Origin: Octopus vulgaris
Taxonomy: Eukaryota
DNA length: 64,000 bases
Direction: 5' to 3'
NCBI GenBank assembly: GCA_951406725.2
Contig: OX597823.1
Coordinates: 86,676,001 to 86,740,000 of the forward strand
In this document: positions 41,346-53,465 of the stretch, in pieces
How positions within the stretch are numbered: the stretch's first letter is position 1
How the letters are laid out: each line of letters opens with the position of its first letter
The notes under the pieces: model-generated
The model's input: only the letters and a program-made list of their open reading frames with translations
What the model was told of the DNA's origin: nothing
Databases searched by the model: none
Program-made: the position numbers and the translations under genes

Positions 41346-41830
41346 CGAGATGATGTGATCAAATGTCTCGTTGTGCTGGTTGTACATTCTGCATTTGGTG
41401 TTGAGGCCTGTTTTCATTATTTTGTTTTTATAATTGTGCGTAGTCAGACATTGGTGTTTTGCAGCGAAAATCATTCCTTCCGTTTCGGCTTTTTTGTCCT
41501 GAGATTTTGAACTATTGTTGGCTCACTTCCTCTCTGTCGTGTCTTGCAGGACAATGGCCATGACGTGATTTTTCTCTCCATCTCTTCTTCCCTACATTTT
41601 GTAATTCAGTTTTCATAACATGTTTTTGTCTCTCCTTACCATTACTGCTATTTTGTCATCTGAAGTCAATGAGTTAATACAGTGTGCTTCTCTTTTGTAT
41701 TTTGTTGCCTCGTTGTGTATATAAAAAAGCATTTTCTTATTCTCATGTTGCTTTACTACGTGCAGTAGTTTTCCCCTCTTTGTTTCCAAGTATTTTACTA
41801 GTCCAACTATTGTTATTTTATAGAAGTCTT
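41345..41830 (-). mobile_element. R4/Dong-like internal fragment (post-RT region to zinc knuckle)
   Basis: YKITIVGL..WREKSRHG..KAETEGMIFAAKHQCLTTHNY..KCRMYNQHNETFDHIISGC. Begins shortly after the (TAA)n/(CAA)n tract at 41848-41935 (minus strand). Confidence 0.8.
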
Positions 41831-41845
41831 CTATATGTATCTGTA

Positions 41846-41897
<52 letters not shown>

Positions 41898-42866
41898 GTT
41901 GTTGTTGTTGTTGTTGTTGTTGTCGTTGTCGTCGTTTTTGTTTTGGTTGTTATTCTTCTACTTCTTCCACTTCTTCTTCTTTAAAGTATTATTATTGACG
42001 TCGTTGTTGCTATTTTTACATTTAACTGTTGTTTGCGCAGGTCGTGGCAGAATTAGAGACGTAACAAATGAAGTTATAATGACATCAACTGAGGATTACT
42101 TACCCTCTCAGTTCAAATCCAGTTGAAATTCATATAACAAACATTTCTCCGAGGTCGAAAAAATGTGCTCCTCTCTTGTACTATAGTAATATAACTTTGG
42201 GAAACGTTACGTCATCTCCAACATTCAATATATTTGGCTTTAATTTTTACGACTAATTCAATATAATATACACTGTGGCAGCTGAAGTTGTTGATGTTTG
42301 CTCCTCACCAAGATTCGCTTGCTCAAATTATTAACATTATTATTGTAATCACAATATATTCTTTCCTCGTTATTATTGATATTGCTGTTGTTCCGGGATT
42401 GTTTTTGCAGTTATTATCTTGATGTTTCTGTTTGTTTTATGTTATGGTTATCTTATTTCGTATTCACTCATTGTTATCATTGGTAATTGGCATTTAAAGA
42501 AACAAAGAAATCAACGAAAGATAGAAGGAATAGAGAAAAGGTGAAAGAAAATAAAGACTCTAGTCCTTTGGAGCAGACGTAACGTATGCATAGACATACA
42601 CACACACAAGTATATATATACATATATATATGTATGTATGTATGGGCGTGTGTGTATGTATATATGTGTATATATGTAAATATATATGTATATATGTGTA
42701 TATATAAGTATATCTATCAATATATACACACACACATATATATATATGATTGTGTGTATTAATATATGCATATTAATATGTATATATACATACATACATA
42801 TACATATATATATATATACATACACATATATATATACATACACAGACATATATCTATACAAGTTCA

Positions 42867-42905
<39 letters not shown>

Positions 42906-43987
42906 TTAACTCCACAGAGAAACACATACAATCACACACACAGACATACACACACAGACATACACACACAGTTACTAGTTACAGATGCAAATACATGTGC
43001 ATATATATGGAAGGAAAATGGTGAAATAATCAACACACGATTGCGTATTGAGTAAATGTGGGAGAGAAGAGGAGAGGAAAGGAAAAGATATTGTTTGGTT
43101 ATATGTGGATGTGTGGTGCTGTCTGTTTTCATGGAAAAATCAGCAAAATTCAGGCACTATTCTATATTTATTTATTTATTTATTTATCGCTTTATCCCGA
43201 TTCTTTCAATACAAACATTCGGGAGAATGTAATAAGAAAGCGAATATATAAATGAAAGATAAAAATAAAATCAAGAAGGTTTAGAAGAATAAAAAATATA
43301 GAAACAAAAGGGAAATAATATAATTGAGAGGAAATGCTTTAGAAAAAATAATAATAGAGAAGAAAGCGAGAAAGAAAAAGAATAAGAATGAGAAGATCGT
43401 GTGGAAATAATGAACGGAATAAGAGAAGAGAGAAAGGAAATTTATAGAGGAAGGAAACTTATGAATGAATAGGAGAAGAGAGGTGAAGAGAGGTGTGAAA
43501 GAAATACTAGAATAGAAGGCAGTAGTAATAGAGAGTAAACAATAAAAAAAAATTAAGATTAAATATGAACAAAATATGAAAAATATTGAGAAATTTCTAT
43601 TGAGGCGATATTCTAAAATGTCAAGATAATATAAAATGGTTGCGGGTTGGGGAAGTAAAATGGAGGCAAAGTAACGAAACAATAAAATATAATGGAGGAA
43701 ATATATTCATTTTATATGTGACAAACAACTTAACCGAACCCTGTAAAATAGAAACAAATATAGGTGTATATTATGTTGTGGTGTATGTAGAATTTTATAG
43801 ACATCTGTTTACTGTGTAACTGTTGGGGATAAATCCATAATACGCAATGCAGGCAGTGTATATGAATATATATGTGCATTTGTGTTTGTGTGTCTGTATG
43901 TATGTATGTGTGTATCTTTATACATATGCATACACATAAATACTTATGAATATATACATATACATACATATATACATATACATACAT

Positions 43988-44025
<38 letters not shown>

Positions 44026-45061
44026 GTTTATATGTATACATGTAATACCACAACTCAGTAAAGTTACCGAATAGTGACATACTATAATTATTATTGCTAT
44101 TATCGTTATATATTTATTGTTTTCAACTCTTACTTGCTTTTCTTCTTCAAATATGTTATCGGGCATGTTCGATATGTCACCTAATTCCGATTCATATGCC
44201 TGCAAACATCTGTGTCTACGGCTGAATGTGTGGTTTGTGTATCATTATATTAAACACAAACAGGTCACATATATGCACGCATGTGTGTGTGTTCACGTGA
44301 GTGTGTATGTATATATATATATATATATATTTGTATGTATGTATATACGTATGTATATATATATGTATGTATGTATAAGAAAACAGCGGTGAGAAAATAG
44401 GAGGTTATTCCATCAGTTTATAGTTAGTTCATAGTTGTGTATATTATATATTAGGTATTATATGCTTATATAAAATACACATGTACACCCATATGTATTC
44501 GCGTACTGAGAAATACCTCGAGAGACCAGTTAGAATTATGAATACAAATATCGCAGCGTTTCACCATATGTAATACAATAACCCTGAAATTTCCAGTTCT
44601 CTGAAATGATCACCGTTGTACAATGAAGACAATTAGTAATTTTTGGTGAATCTGGTTTCACAAAGCAAATTCATAAACGTAACAAACACACTGTTCAGTC
44701 TTTAGCAAAATATATTTTACTCATCAAGACTACAAATGATCAATTGCTAGTATTAACGTGATACAGTAATAAAGCCAATTATAATAACTACACTACAATC
44801 GACGGAACATTGTCTGTACATATTGTTGTATATATCAAATAGTGATTCGGCTTCCACGCACAAACGTAATGTAATACGTTGACAAAAACATGCTAACAAT
44901 TACACGATCAAGAACTCTTCTAGAAATGTTTAAAATCTTAGAACAGCGGTAATGAATGTTAACGCTGATAAGATCAGCTGACCAAAATATTTGAATATTA
45001 CAGCAATACAGATTAGGTATTTCAGGATCATTGTGTTAGCCAAGATAGTTATATATATATA

Positions 45062-46330
45062 TATTGCTGATTTCCATCATTTCCCTAACCGAAATGACTA
45101 GTTCTGTCTGTTTTGGGTAGACTACTCTTTGTTTCAGTTCTTGCAACCATTCATTTTCCTTCATGTTCTCCTTGACTTTGCTCCAGATGTCACTCTAAAA
45201 CCATTGACTTGATACGTTATCTGGTATCAACATTTCATTTGTACATTCTTCATTTATTTCTTTATAGAATCTCTTCTGATCTACTCTGAATAAACTATTC
45301 TGGTGACAACTCTTCATTCTTTGGTCGTATCTTACCATCTTTGCTTTTGTTGCAACGAGGGGCTGTTTCAGTTCCTGTATTACCACATTTACACCCTGTC
45401 TTCTATTTTCATACTTCCTGTTCAGTACCGTGAATTTTTGTTCACTTTAGGCTCCCCCTTCTTTTTTCGGTTTAACACAGAAATGTCTTTCTAGAGTACA
45501 TCTAACCCGGCCTGTATTCTTCTTTTCCACCATGGATCTTTTCTTTTGCCTCTCCCATTATATTTCTTTTTCTTCACATCAACACCCACATTTTCTGCTA
45601 CAAAAATACTGTCTCGCTGCAATTAGTTGTTCCTGTGATGCTTTTTGTTCTGATGTATTTTAGAATTTCATTCAAATTTTATGTTTCTTGGGTCTGTTTA
45701 AACCGATAAACATTTTAAAGCTTGCAAATAGTGTCGCTATCGTTCTCCTTGCCTTTATTCTGTCGTAGATTGCCTTTTGCCCATCTGTCATGTCACCATT
45801 AGTTTTATTGTCTTCTTCCAAACAATCTATATGTCTCACATCAAGCAAGCTATCTCTGTTCCTTTCCTGTGGTTTAGAGATTTGACCTCTGTTTTCTGCT
45901 ATGAGGTTAATTCTATCAGTAAGAACTGTATTTTCATCGTTTTCTCTGCTGCTATTTTCCAAAACCAGTCTTTAATAGTTTCGAGCTCTACTTCTGTGAA
46001 CCAACGATTTTTTTCTTATTGATTTAGCTTGATCATATAATCATTATTCTGTGAGTTGAAACAGTCCTTTTTCTCAACATTGATCATACATACGGTGTCG
46101 GCATCCCCTAATATGGGCACCATTTTCATCTCTGATGTTCCTCAGGTAGTAACACACCATGATCACAGCACTGACTTGTTTGTTCCATCTACGCCGTGTC
46201 TACCAGTCCATTGCTGGATAACGACAGGCTAGAGCTAGATTAGTATCTCGGTACCTGCCGGATGCAACACTGTCGCCATCAAAGGTTTTTGTTTCATCAC
46301 AATCTTTCGCTTTTTCATTGCCATTCATAT
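45062..46330 (-). mobile_element. N-terminal portion of an R4/Dong-like ORF (3'-deleted relic)
   Basis: Minus strand encodes ..CYYLRN..RHRMYDQ..DQAKSIRKNRWFTEVELETIK and ELKQPLVATKAKMVRYDQRMKSCHQNSLFRVDQKRFYKEI, homologous to KLKQDMLAKAQRIRRYEKRQRFFEQNKKFNSNPKKFYQE at ~55070-55190. Confidence 0.75.
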
Positions 46331-47099
46331 GAGGTAGCGATTATCAGGTTGCGTAATTATCAGATTGCTCACTCCCTCCAACGACGTTGCTTGAACAGGT
46401 GCACGGTGTATCACACGTCAGGTGGAATAAAAATTACAAGATTTTAAAGCAAATTTTGAGAGAAGCAATTCATTATTTTACTCCTTTATTGAACATAGAT
46501 TTTGTTTTTTATATTTATTTTGACACCCTAGAAAAGTATAATTTGGTCATATGGTGATAAAATGCATAAAGCAAAGAATGACAGAAAAAAGAGTGAACCC
46601 TGTGCTTGAGGGTTTGTGTAGAGTAAACAGAATCATTTATCCTGACGTTCGTCATTAAATCACATTGCTAGGGATAATGGAAGAAGTTATGCGACACTAA
46701 CTTTATGAATGTGTTCTGTATGTTCTAGTATAACTTCCTGGTGAGGTGCATGTACACAACTGTTTATTTCGTTTATTGTGTCACTGGATATATTGTCTCC
46801 TGTGCGCGCGCGCGTGTGTGTGCGTTTGAACAGAACCCAAGTGCTATTATTCCTTATCTCTCTTCTCTCCTATCTTATCTTCGTTCCTTATTGCTTTGTC
46901 TCTCTATTTGGAGTTTTCTTTCGTAGCTGTCGGCGGACTATGTCTGAAACATTATTCTTCTACTTCATACCTTCTAACTACTTAAATTTTCTCCTCCTTT
47001 CAGCGTTAAGCTAGTAATACTAACAATGAACGTCCCACGGACTTTGTAGCTGATTGTTTGCTTTACCCACACACACACACACACTTTCTCTCTCTCTTT

Positions 47100-47320
47100 T
47101 TCTCTTTTATTCTTTTGCTTATTTCAGTCATTTGGCTAAGGCCATGCTGGAGCTCCGCCTTAATGATTTTTCGTCGAAACAATCAAACCCAGCACTTCTT
47201 CTTTGTAAGCCTAGTACTTATTATATCTGTCTCTTACGCCGAACCGCTAATACGGACATAAACAAACCGACATCGGTTTTCAGGCGATAGCTGGGGGACA
47301 ACCACAGACACACAGACACG
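47100..47320 (-). mobile_element. SINE family B 3' half
   Basis: TTTCAGTCATTTG..GCCATGCTGGAGC..CTAGTACTTATT..GCCGAACCGCTAA. Confidence 0.8.
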
Positions 47321-47421
47321 CACACAAATACAGGCATATATATGCCTTTGTATCGTCTATCTGTCCGAATGTTTTCATGTACTCTATTGCGATTTTGTTC
47401 CATATATATATATATATATAT

Positions 47422-47705
47422 ATCACGTGACCGACCAGTCCATCGGATGTAGTTATACATCGCTGGTCACAATGCGTTCGCATTGTTTTAGCCTTCGAAT
47501 GACGCAACCCCGCTGTCTAAGCGAGCAGGCCAACAGAAGAAAGAGTGGGAGAAAGAGTGGTGAAAGAGTACAACAGGGATCACCACCCGCTGCCGGAGCC
47601 TCGTGGAGCTTTTAGGTGTTTTCGCTCAATAAACACTCACAACGCCCGGTCTGGGAATCCTACGACCGCGAGTCCGCTGCTCTAACCACTGGGCCATTGT
47701 GCCTC

Positions 47706-47707
<2 letters not shown>
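47422..47707 (-). mobile_element. SINE family C
   Basis: Reverse complement of 56250-56562 with a small deletion. Confidence 0.88.
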
Positions 47708-47765
<58 letters not shown>

Positions 47766-47769
47766 TAAT

Positions 47770-48400
47770 CATGACGCGCACTCTTACTCTTTACTTGACC
47801 TTTCCTCCCTGCCTGTCTGTTTTCCTCTCTACCTGTCTCTCTCTCCTTCTTATTTTTCACTCTTTCTGGCTTCTTTTCCTCTCTCTCTCTCTCCTCCCCT
47901 CCTCTCTCTGGACGTTGACCGGAGTGCTACTAAAACTTTCTTTCTGCCCGTGCTTTCAACAAGCCAACATCGACTTCTCTGTCTTTCGCAAGCCGATTTT
48001 TCACATGCGTTCTAACTAATTTTTCCACCATCTAAGCTTAAAAAAAGCCCTTATTGTTGGTTTCCTTGTCCCGTTATTCTTTATTTGTACTGTTTTTTCT
48101 ACTGTTTTTTCTTCATTTGTATTGCTTTTACGTCCTGTTCTTGTCACTTGTTTTACCCCTCTGCAAAAGAATTTATTTAATTCTTTTTGCAGGAAGGTCT
48201 GCTACGGCCGGGTCGTGTTCTGCCCTTACCTTCGAAACACGCATTGAGTCGAACCAGGGGCAGCTGATGAAGGGGAATTTTCCTTGTATTGTTTGTCCTG
48301 TACTCTGTTTTTTCTTTGTTAAGAAAGTCCGTTTCCTTGTTTGATTTTATGTTTTCGTTTCTCGTTATGTTCTACGTTTATTTGTGGTGTCCTGCACTCA
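47770..48400 (+). repeat. Pyrimidine-rich dispersed repeat, possibly a Penelope pLTR-like family
   Basis: CT-rich body with TTCGAAACACG..GAGTC..CTGATGAAGGGG. A similarly composed purine-rich block at ~1430-2000 may be an inverted relative. Confidence 0.35.
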
Positions 48401-48501
48401 TATGTGCATGCATATATACATATAGATGTAAGTATGTACATATATATATGTATATTTGCATATGTTTTATTTATTATATTGTTATATATATATATATATA
48501 T

Positions 48502-48659
48502 ACGGCGGGCTTCTTTCTATTTATCTGTAACAAATTTACTCACAAGACTTTGGTTGGCCCGAGGCTATAGTAGGTGACATTTGCCCAAGATGCCAGGCAA
48601 AAAGGCAGAACCCGGAGCGATGAGGTTTGCCACCAAGCTTCTTACCGCGCAACCACACC

Positions 48660-48661
<2 letters not shown>
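48502..48661 (-). mobile_element. SINE family B 5' half
   Basis: GGCCCGAGGCTATAG..TTGCCCAAGATGCC..CTTACC..CCACACC. Confidence 0.75.
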
Positions 48662-48705
<44 letters not shown>

Positions 48706-48852
48706 GTGTTTGTGTGTGTGGATGTGTTTGTGAAAGAGAGAGAGAAAGTTAGAGAGAGAGAGGGTGTTTATGTCCGCTTGTAAATTTGTGCGTTCAGGAT
48801 GACTACGTAATGTATTAGTTTTTTTTACATTAATATATTAATACGCGTGAAA

Positions 48853-49060
48853 AGGCTGCGAAATGGCAGAATCGTTAGCACGCCGGATGAACTATTGAGA
48901 TATATTTCGTCTGTCTTCACGTTCGGGTTCAAATTCCGCCGAGGTCGACTTTGCCTTTCATCCTTTCAGAGGTCAATAAATTAATTACCAATTGAACACT
49001 GGGGACGATGTAATCGGCTGGCACATTCCGTTCCTGTCCTTGTGCCAATATTGGAAATCA
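48853..49060 (+). mobile_element. SINE family A
   Basis: TGGCAGAATCGTTAGCACGCCGG..GTTCAAATTCCGCCGAGGTCGACTTTGCCTTTCATCC. Confidence 0.85.
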
Positions 49061-49852
49061 ATATATTAAAATGCTTTGTTATATCCAGAGCATCTGATGA
49101 GATCTAATAAGACTCTTTATAATCATTTATGAGGGCTTGCATCTGTCTGAATACTTAAAGTTTGGATGCGTAAATATAATATATGTGTGCGGCTATAAAC
49201 ACAACTGTATGAGTATAAATATATATTAGGTAAATATCTCTGAATTTATAGCCATATTGACTTTAGTTAATGGCAGATATGCAAGCTCATTTGTGACTAT
49301 ATGTATAAATCTGCATGAATTCGGGATGCATGTATTTAAGTATAGAAATTTTACCCTATCACGTATCAGAACAGCTGCTAAGATTTTTAATATAAAAAGC
49401 GTTTAAATGCGCTTTTTCTTATGGGGTTACACATGTGTCGGTAAGTATATATATGTAAATTTTACAGCATATGCCATCACATAAATTTCAAACCAATTTT
49501 TTACTGACAGTACTTCAAAATCTCGTTTTTATTCTGCATTGTTAGTCCATTGTAGACCACTTACTCTGAGCTTGAATGAAATAACTCTGCATTTCATTTA
49601 CAATTAAACTGATTTACGGCTCTGTATGTAGCAGATGGAATATGTGGGTGGTCGATCTGCATAGGATGACGTAAAAATCTCTATAGTTGAGGCGGGAGGG
49701 GTTTACCTCGGTATTGGTACAACATTGTAACCGGAGTGGAGAGATTTGAATGTGAAATACAAAAGTTGAATGCAAAAACCTTAGTTCTTATAAAGACGTA
49801 ATTGTTGATATAGTTCAGTGTGTCACCCGTTTGCAGCACTGTAAAGCTGACG

Positions 49853-49902
<50 letters not shown>

Positions 49903-49914
<12 letters not shown>

Positions 49915-50026
49915 TGCCGGCAATTTTTTCTGTTTTTAAAATAGGATTTTATCCTGTATATATATATATATATATAGGATAAAATCCTATTTTAAAAACA
50001 GAAAAAATTGCCAGCACCGTGTGTAT

Positions 50027-50027
<1 letters not shown>
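49903..50027. repeat. ~125-bp palindrome centred on (TA)n
   Basis: ACACACGGTGCCGGCAATTTTTTCTGTTTTTAAAATAGGATTTTATCCT-(TA)n-AGGATAAAATCCTATTTTAAAAACAGAAAAAATTGCCAGCACCGTGTGT. Confidence 0.92.
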
Positions 50028-50088
<61 letters not shown>

Positions 50089-50255
50089 ATGTATGTGTAA
50101 ATGTATGTGTGTATGTATGTATGTATATAACGATACATACACACAAATTTGAACGCAGAACTTAAGCAAATGCGGACGAAAAGCCGCTAAACTTTTTTAC
50201 TTTGTGTTAACAAATGTGTGCGAGATCACTTTCTTTGCATCTGCGTGAGTATGTA

Positions 50256-50335
<80 letters not shown>

Positions 50336-52549
50336 CATTCATACACATACGCACAGACACACATGCATATATTTATACATACAAGACAAAAGGTAATTTT
50401 TGCCTCTTTTTATGGAGACTAAAGTGTTTATAGGACTGCAAAACAAAAAAAGAAGCGCTCAAATAAAATTGAGACAGAGATAAAAAAAAATATTGATTAA
50501 AGAACAAACATCAAATTCGAATCAACGAATTTAAATAACACCACGTTTCCATACATTTGATCATATATAAATATGACCATGGTCTTCAACATATAAAATG
50601 AATACATATATTAAAAAAAAACACAGAAGGTAAAAAATATATATGCACATAAAAACAATGTTTCAGCTATTTGCTGCACTGTAAATCTAACGATAACGTT
50701 TATAAATATATGTATCAGTGTGTGTGTGTGATTGTGTGTGTGTGTGTGTGTGTGTGATTGTGTGTGTGTGTGCGTGTGTGTGTGCGTGTGTGTGTGTGCG
50801 TGCGTGTGTGTGTGTGTGTGTGAACCGTCGATTGTGCTCGGAGGTCTAAATCGGAACAGGCATTATACCGCATATACAGCTTAGTATACAATACGCATCA
50901 CCTCTTGCCTCTAAATTATGTATGATTCATACTCTCAGATACGATAAATTAAGGACATAAATTTTAGTGCCAAATGTGAGAGGAGCGAGTGTGTGCTCAG
51001 GCATGCGCCCTTGTATGTGTATGCATGAGTGTGTGTGTGTGTGAGTGTGTGTGTGTGTGTTAAGCAATGAAAGTATATAGCAAAAGATGTAGAGTAATGG
51101 AAATATACAACCGTTCCAAAACACTAGAAACTCATATTAAGCAGCTTGCAGCTTAATAATATGAAAGTATCATTGAGACAGTTTAGACTGAATGTAAATT
51201 TAATAAATAAATCAACTAAGAAATGAATGATATAAAGCATATAAATAAACAAATAGATAAATAAAGCAAAGCGTTTGTGAAGAAATACAAAGAGGTTTGT
51301 AAGGAGAAAGAAAGATGAATGTCGAATAAAAACTCTGGTACAAACAAACAATGATTGATCGAAGTAGAAATAAACGTAATAAATTCGAGCTTCACAATGT
51401 TATTTGATTACAGCAAAACCCACACGGGAAACAAATGTTTCCTTTTTCGTAATAAGATCACGCTGAAGATCATTAGATAGTAATAAAGATATTTAAATTA
51501 ATCAGATGTAAATTGGGAAATAACACTTAAAGCAGAAAGCAGGATAAATTGGAGAAAAAATTGTCTAACAGTTGAAATTGAAATAGCAATTTTGTCACAA
51601 GGCTGCCATGCCTACAAAATCGTATAGTTGCTGAAATTGTTTGATTGGTTTAAATAGCCTATTTTATTTAATCAATCGTAGCAGTCTTACGTGCAATTGA
51701 GCAAAAGAGGTTTTTGGGAATGTGTATACGTCCAGTGTTGAGAAGTCCGGAGGGTATTTAACGGCGCAAACGCTTCGATAAAGACATGCGTTGAAGGGTG
51801 TTTATATATGTATTACGCGTGTTATCTGTGTTTGTGGTTTGTGTGTGTGTGTGGCTGTACGATAACAATATATGCAGGGAGAGGTTAACGCGTAGTTAGA
51901 GAATTGAGAGAATGTAGAAAGGAATACGGAATACTGAGAGGGAAAGAGAGATTGATCCATAGAGGTATATAAATGCATATGTGCACACAAACTTAAGAAC
52001 ACACACGCATCCCTCTCTCTCTCTCACAGTTATATATATATAATTATATTATTGATGTGATAAGTACTGTATTTTCGGTAATGTAAATGTATAACAAGAG
52101 TATCCTCCATTAATTGTTAGAAATCTCAGTCAGGCATTATAGAATGTCGTACATTTTTATTAGTGAACTGCATACATTTTGGCGGGCATCCGTCTCTAAA
52201 GAGTGTTTCCAACAGCAATTAAAAACAGTCAGCCTAACCCGCACTTTTACAACTACGAATATTATTGTAAAGGCGTTTGTATATACTAATATTTCCCCAA
52301 TGAATGTCTTTCCAAATTAAACTTCATTCTAACGATTATTTAATTGTGCAAATCTATTGCAAAATACACTTTTATTAAGCGCTTTTTATGCAAATTAGAT
52401 TTTCCGGTTTCATGCTCAACTGCACAGAATATATATGGATGTGTGTGTGTATGTGTGTGTGCGTGTGTGTGTGTAATTTTAAAATCCAAGGACCTGAGAG
52501 TACAGAGTAAGTAAGCTTCAAGCAAACGGTAAATATACCTACCAACTGG

Positions 52550-52608
<59 letters not shown>

Positions 52609-52609
<1 letters not shown>

Positions 52610-53371
52610 TAGTAGTTTTATTTTTATAGTGTGCTTTCACTTCACTACCGAGCGCAGCTCTGTGTGCCTTAGGTATGTGCTGTGATTTGTTGTGATGTTC
52701 TGATGGTTATTGTATGGAAAGTGTTCTGCGTAGGATGTGTACAGTGCCTAGTAGTGCAATTTTCAGTATGTTATATGTGTTTGTAAGTCCTGGTGATTTT
52801 GTTATGTATTTGTCTGAATATTTTTTTTTCATGCCTAATGCACCTACTATGATAGGAATTGTTTCTGTTTTTAGATTCCACATTCTGATTATCTCTATTT
52901 CCATGTCTTTGTATTTTGAAAGTTTCTCCATTTCCTTTAGAGACACGTTATCATCTGCCGGTATTGATACATCAATTAGAAAGCATTTTTTTCTTCATGA
53001 TCTCTGACAACTATATCTGGTCTGTTGGCCTTAATTTTTCTATCTGTGTGTATCGGCATATCACAGAGTATGGTTGCTTTCTCGTTTTCTGGTGGGGAGG
53101 TTTTGGTTTTGTGCTGCAATTAACAATCCCTCTGTCTCTGCTTTGAGCTCTGAGCTTCTCAACCATTGCTGGGATTTTTCTTTGTCTATTTCTTTTGCAT
53201 TTTGTTTAGTCCAGTAATTACCATGAAGGGGCTTTTCTTGCCATCGTTTTATCATGGTTCTTTGCTGTTCTAGTTTTAGTTTGGATTTCATTTGTTTTAT
53301 AGCTTTTGTTGTTTCTTCATCTTCTTCTTCTTCTTCTTATTATTATTATTATTATTATTCTTATTATTATA

Positions 53372-53465
<94 letters not shown>

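Noticed and set aside
48222-48276. Permuted hammerhead (GAAAC..GTC..CTGATGA)
   Set aside because: Core boxes are present, but helix I cannot form and helix II closes on a mismatch.
49094-49130. CTGATGAG hammerhead start
   Set aside because: No GAAA box at the required position.
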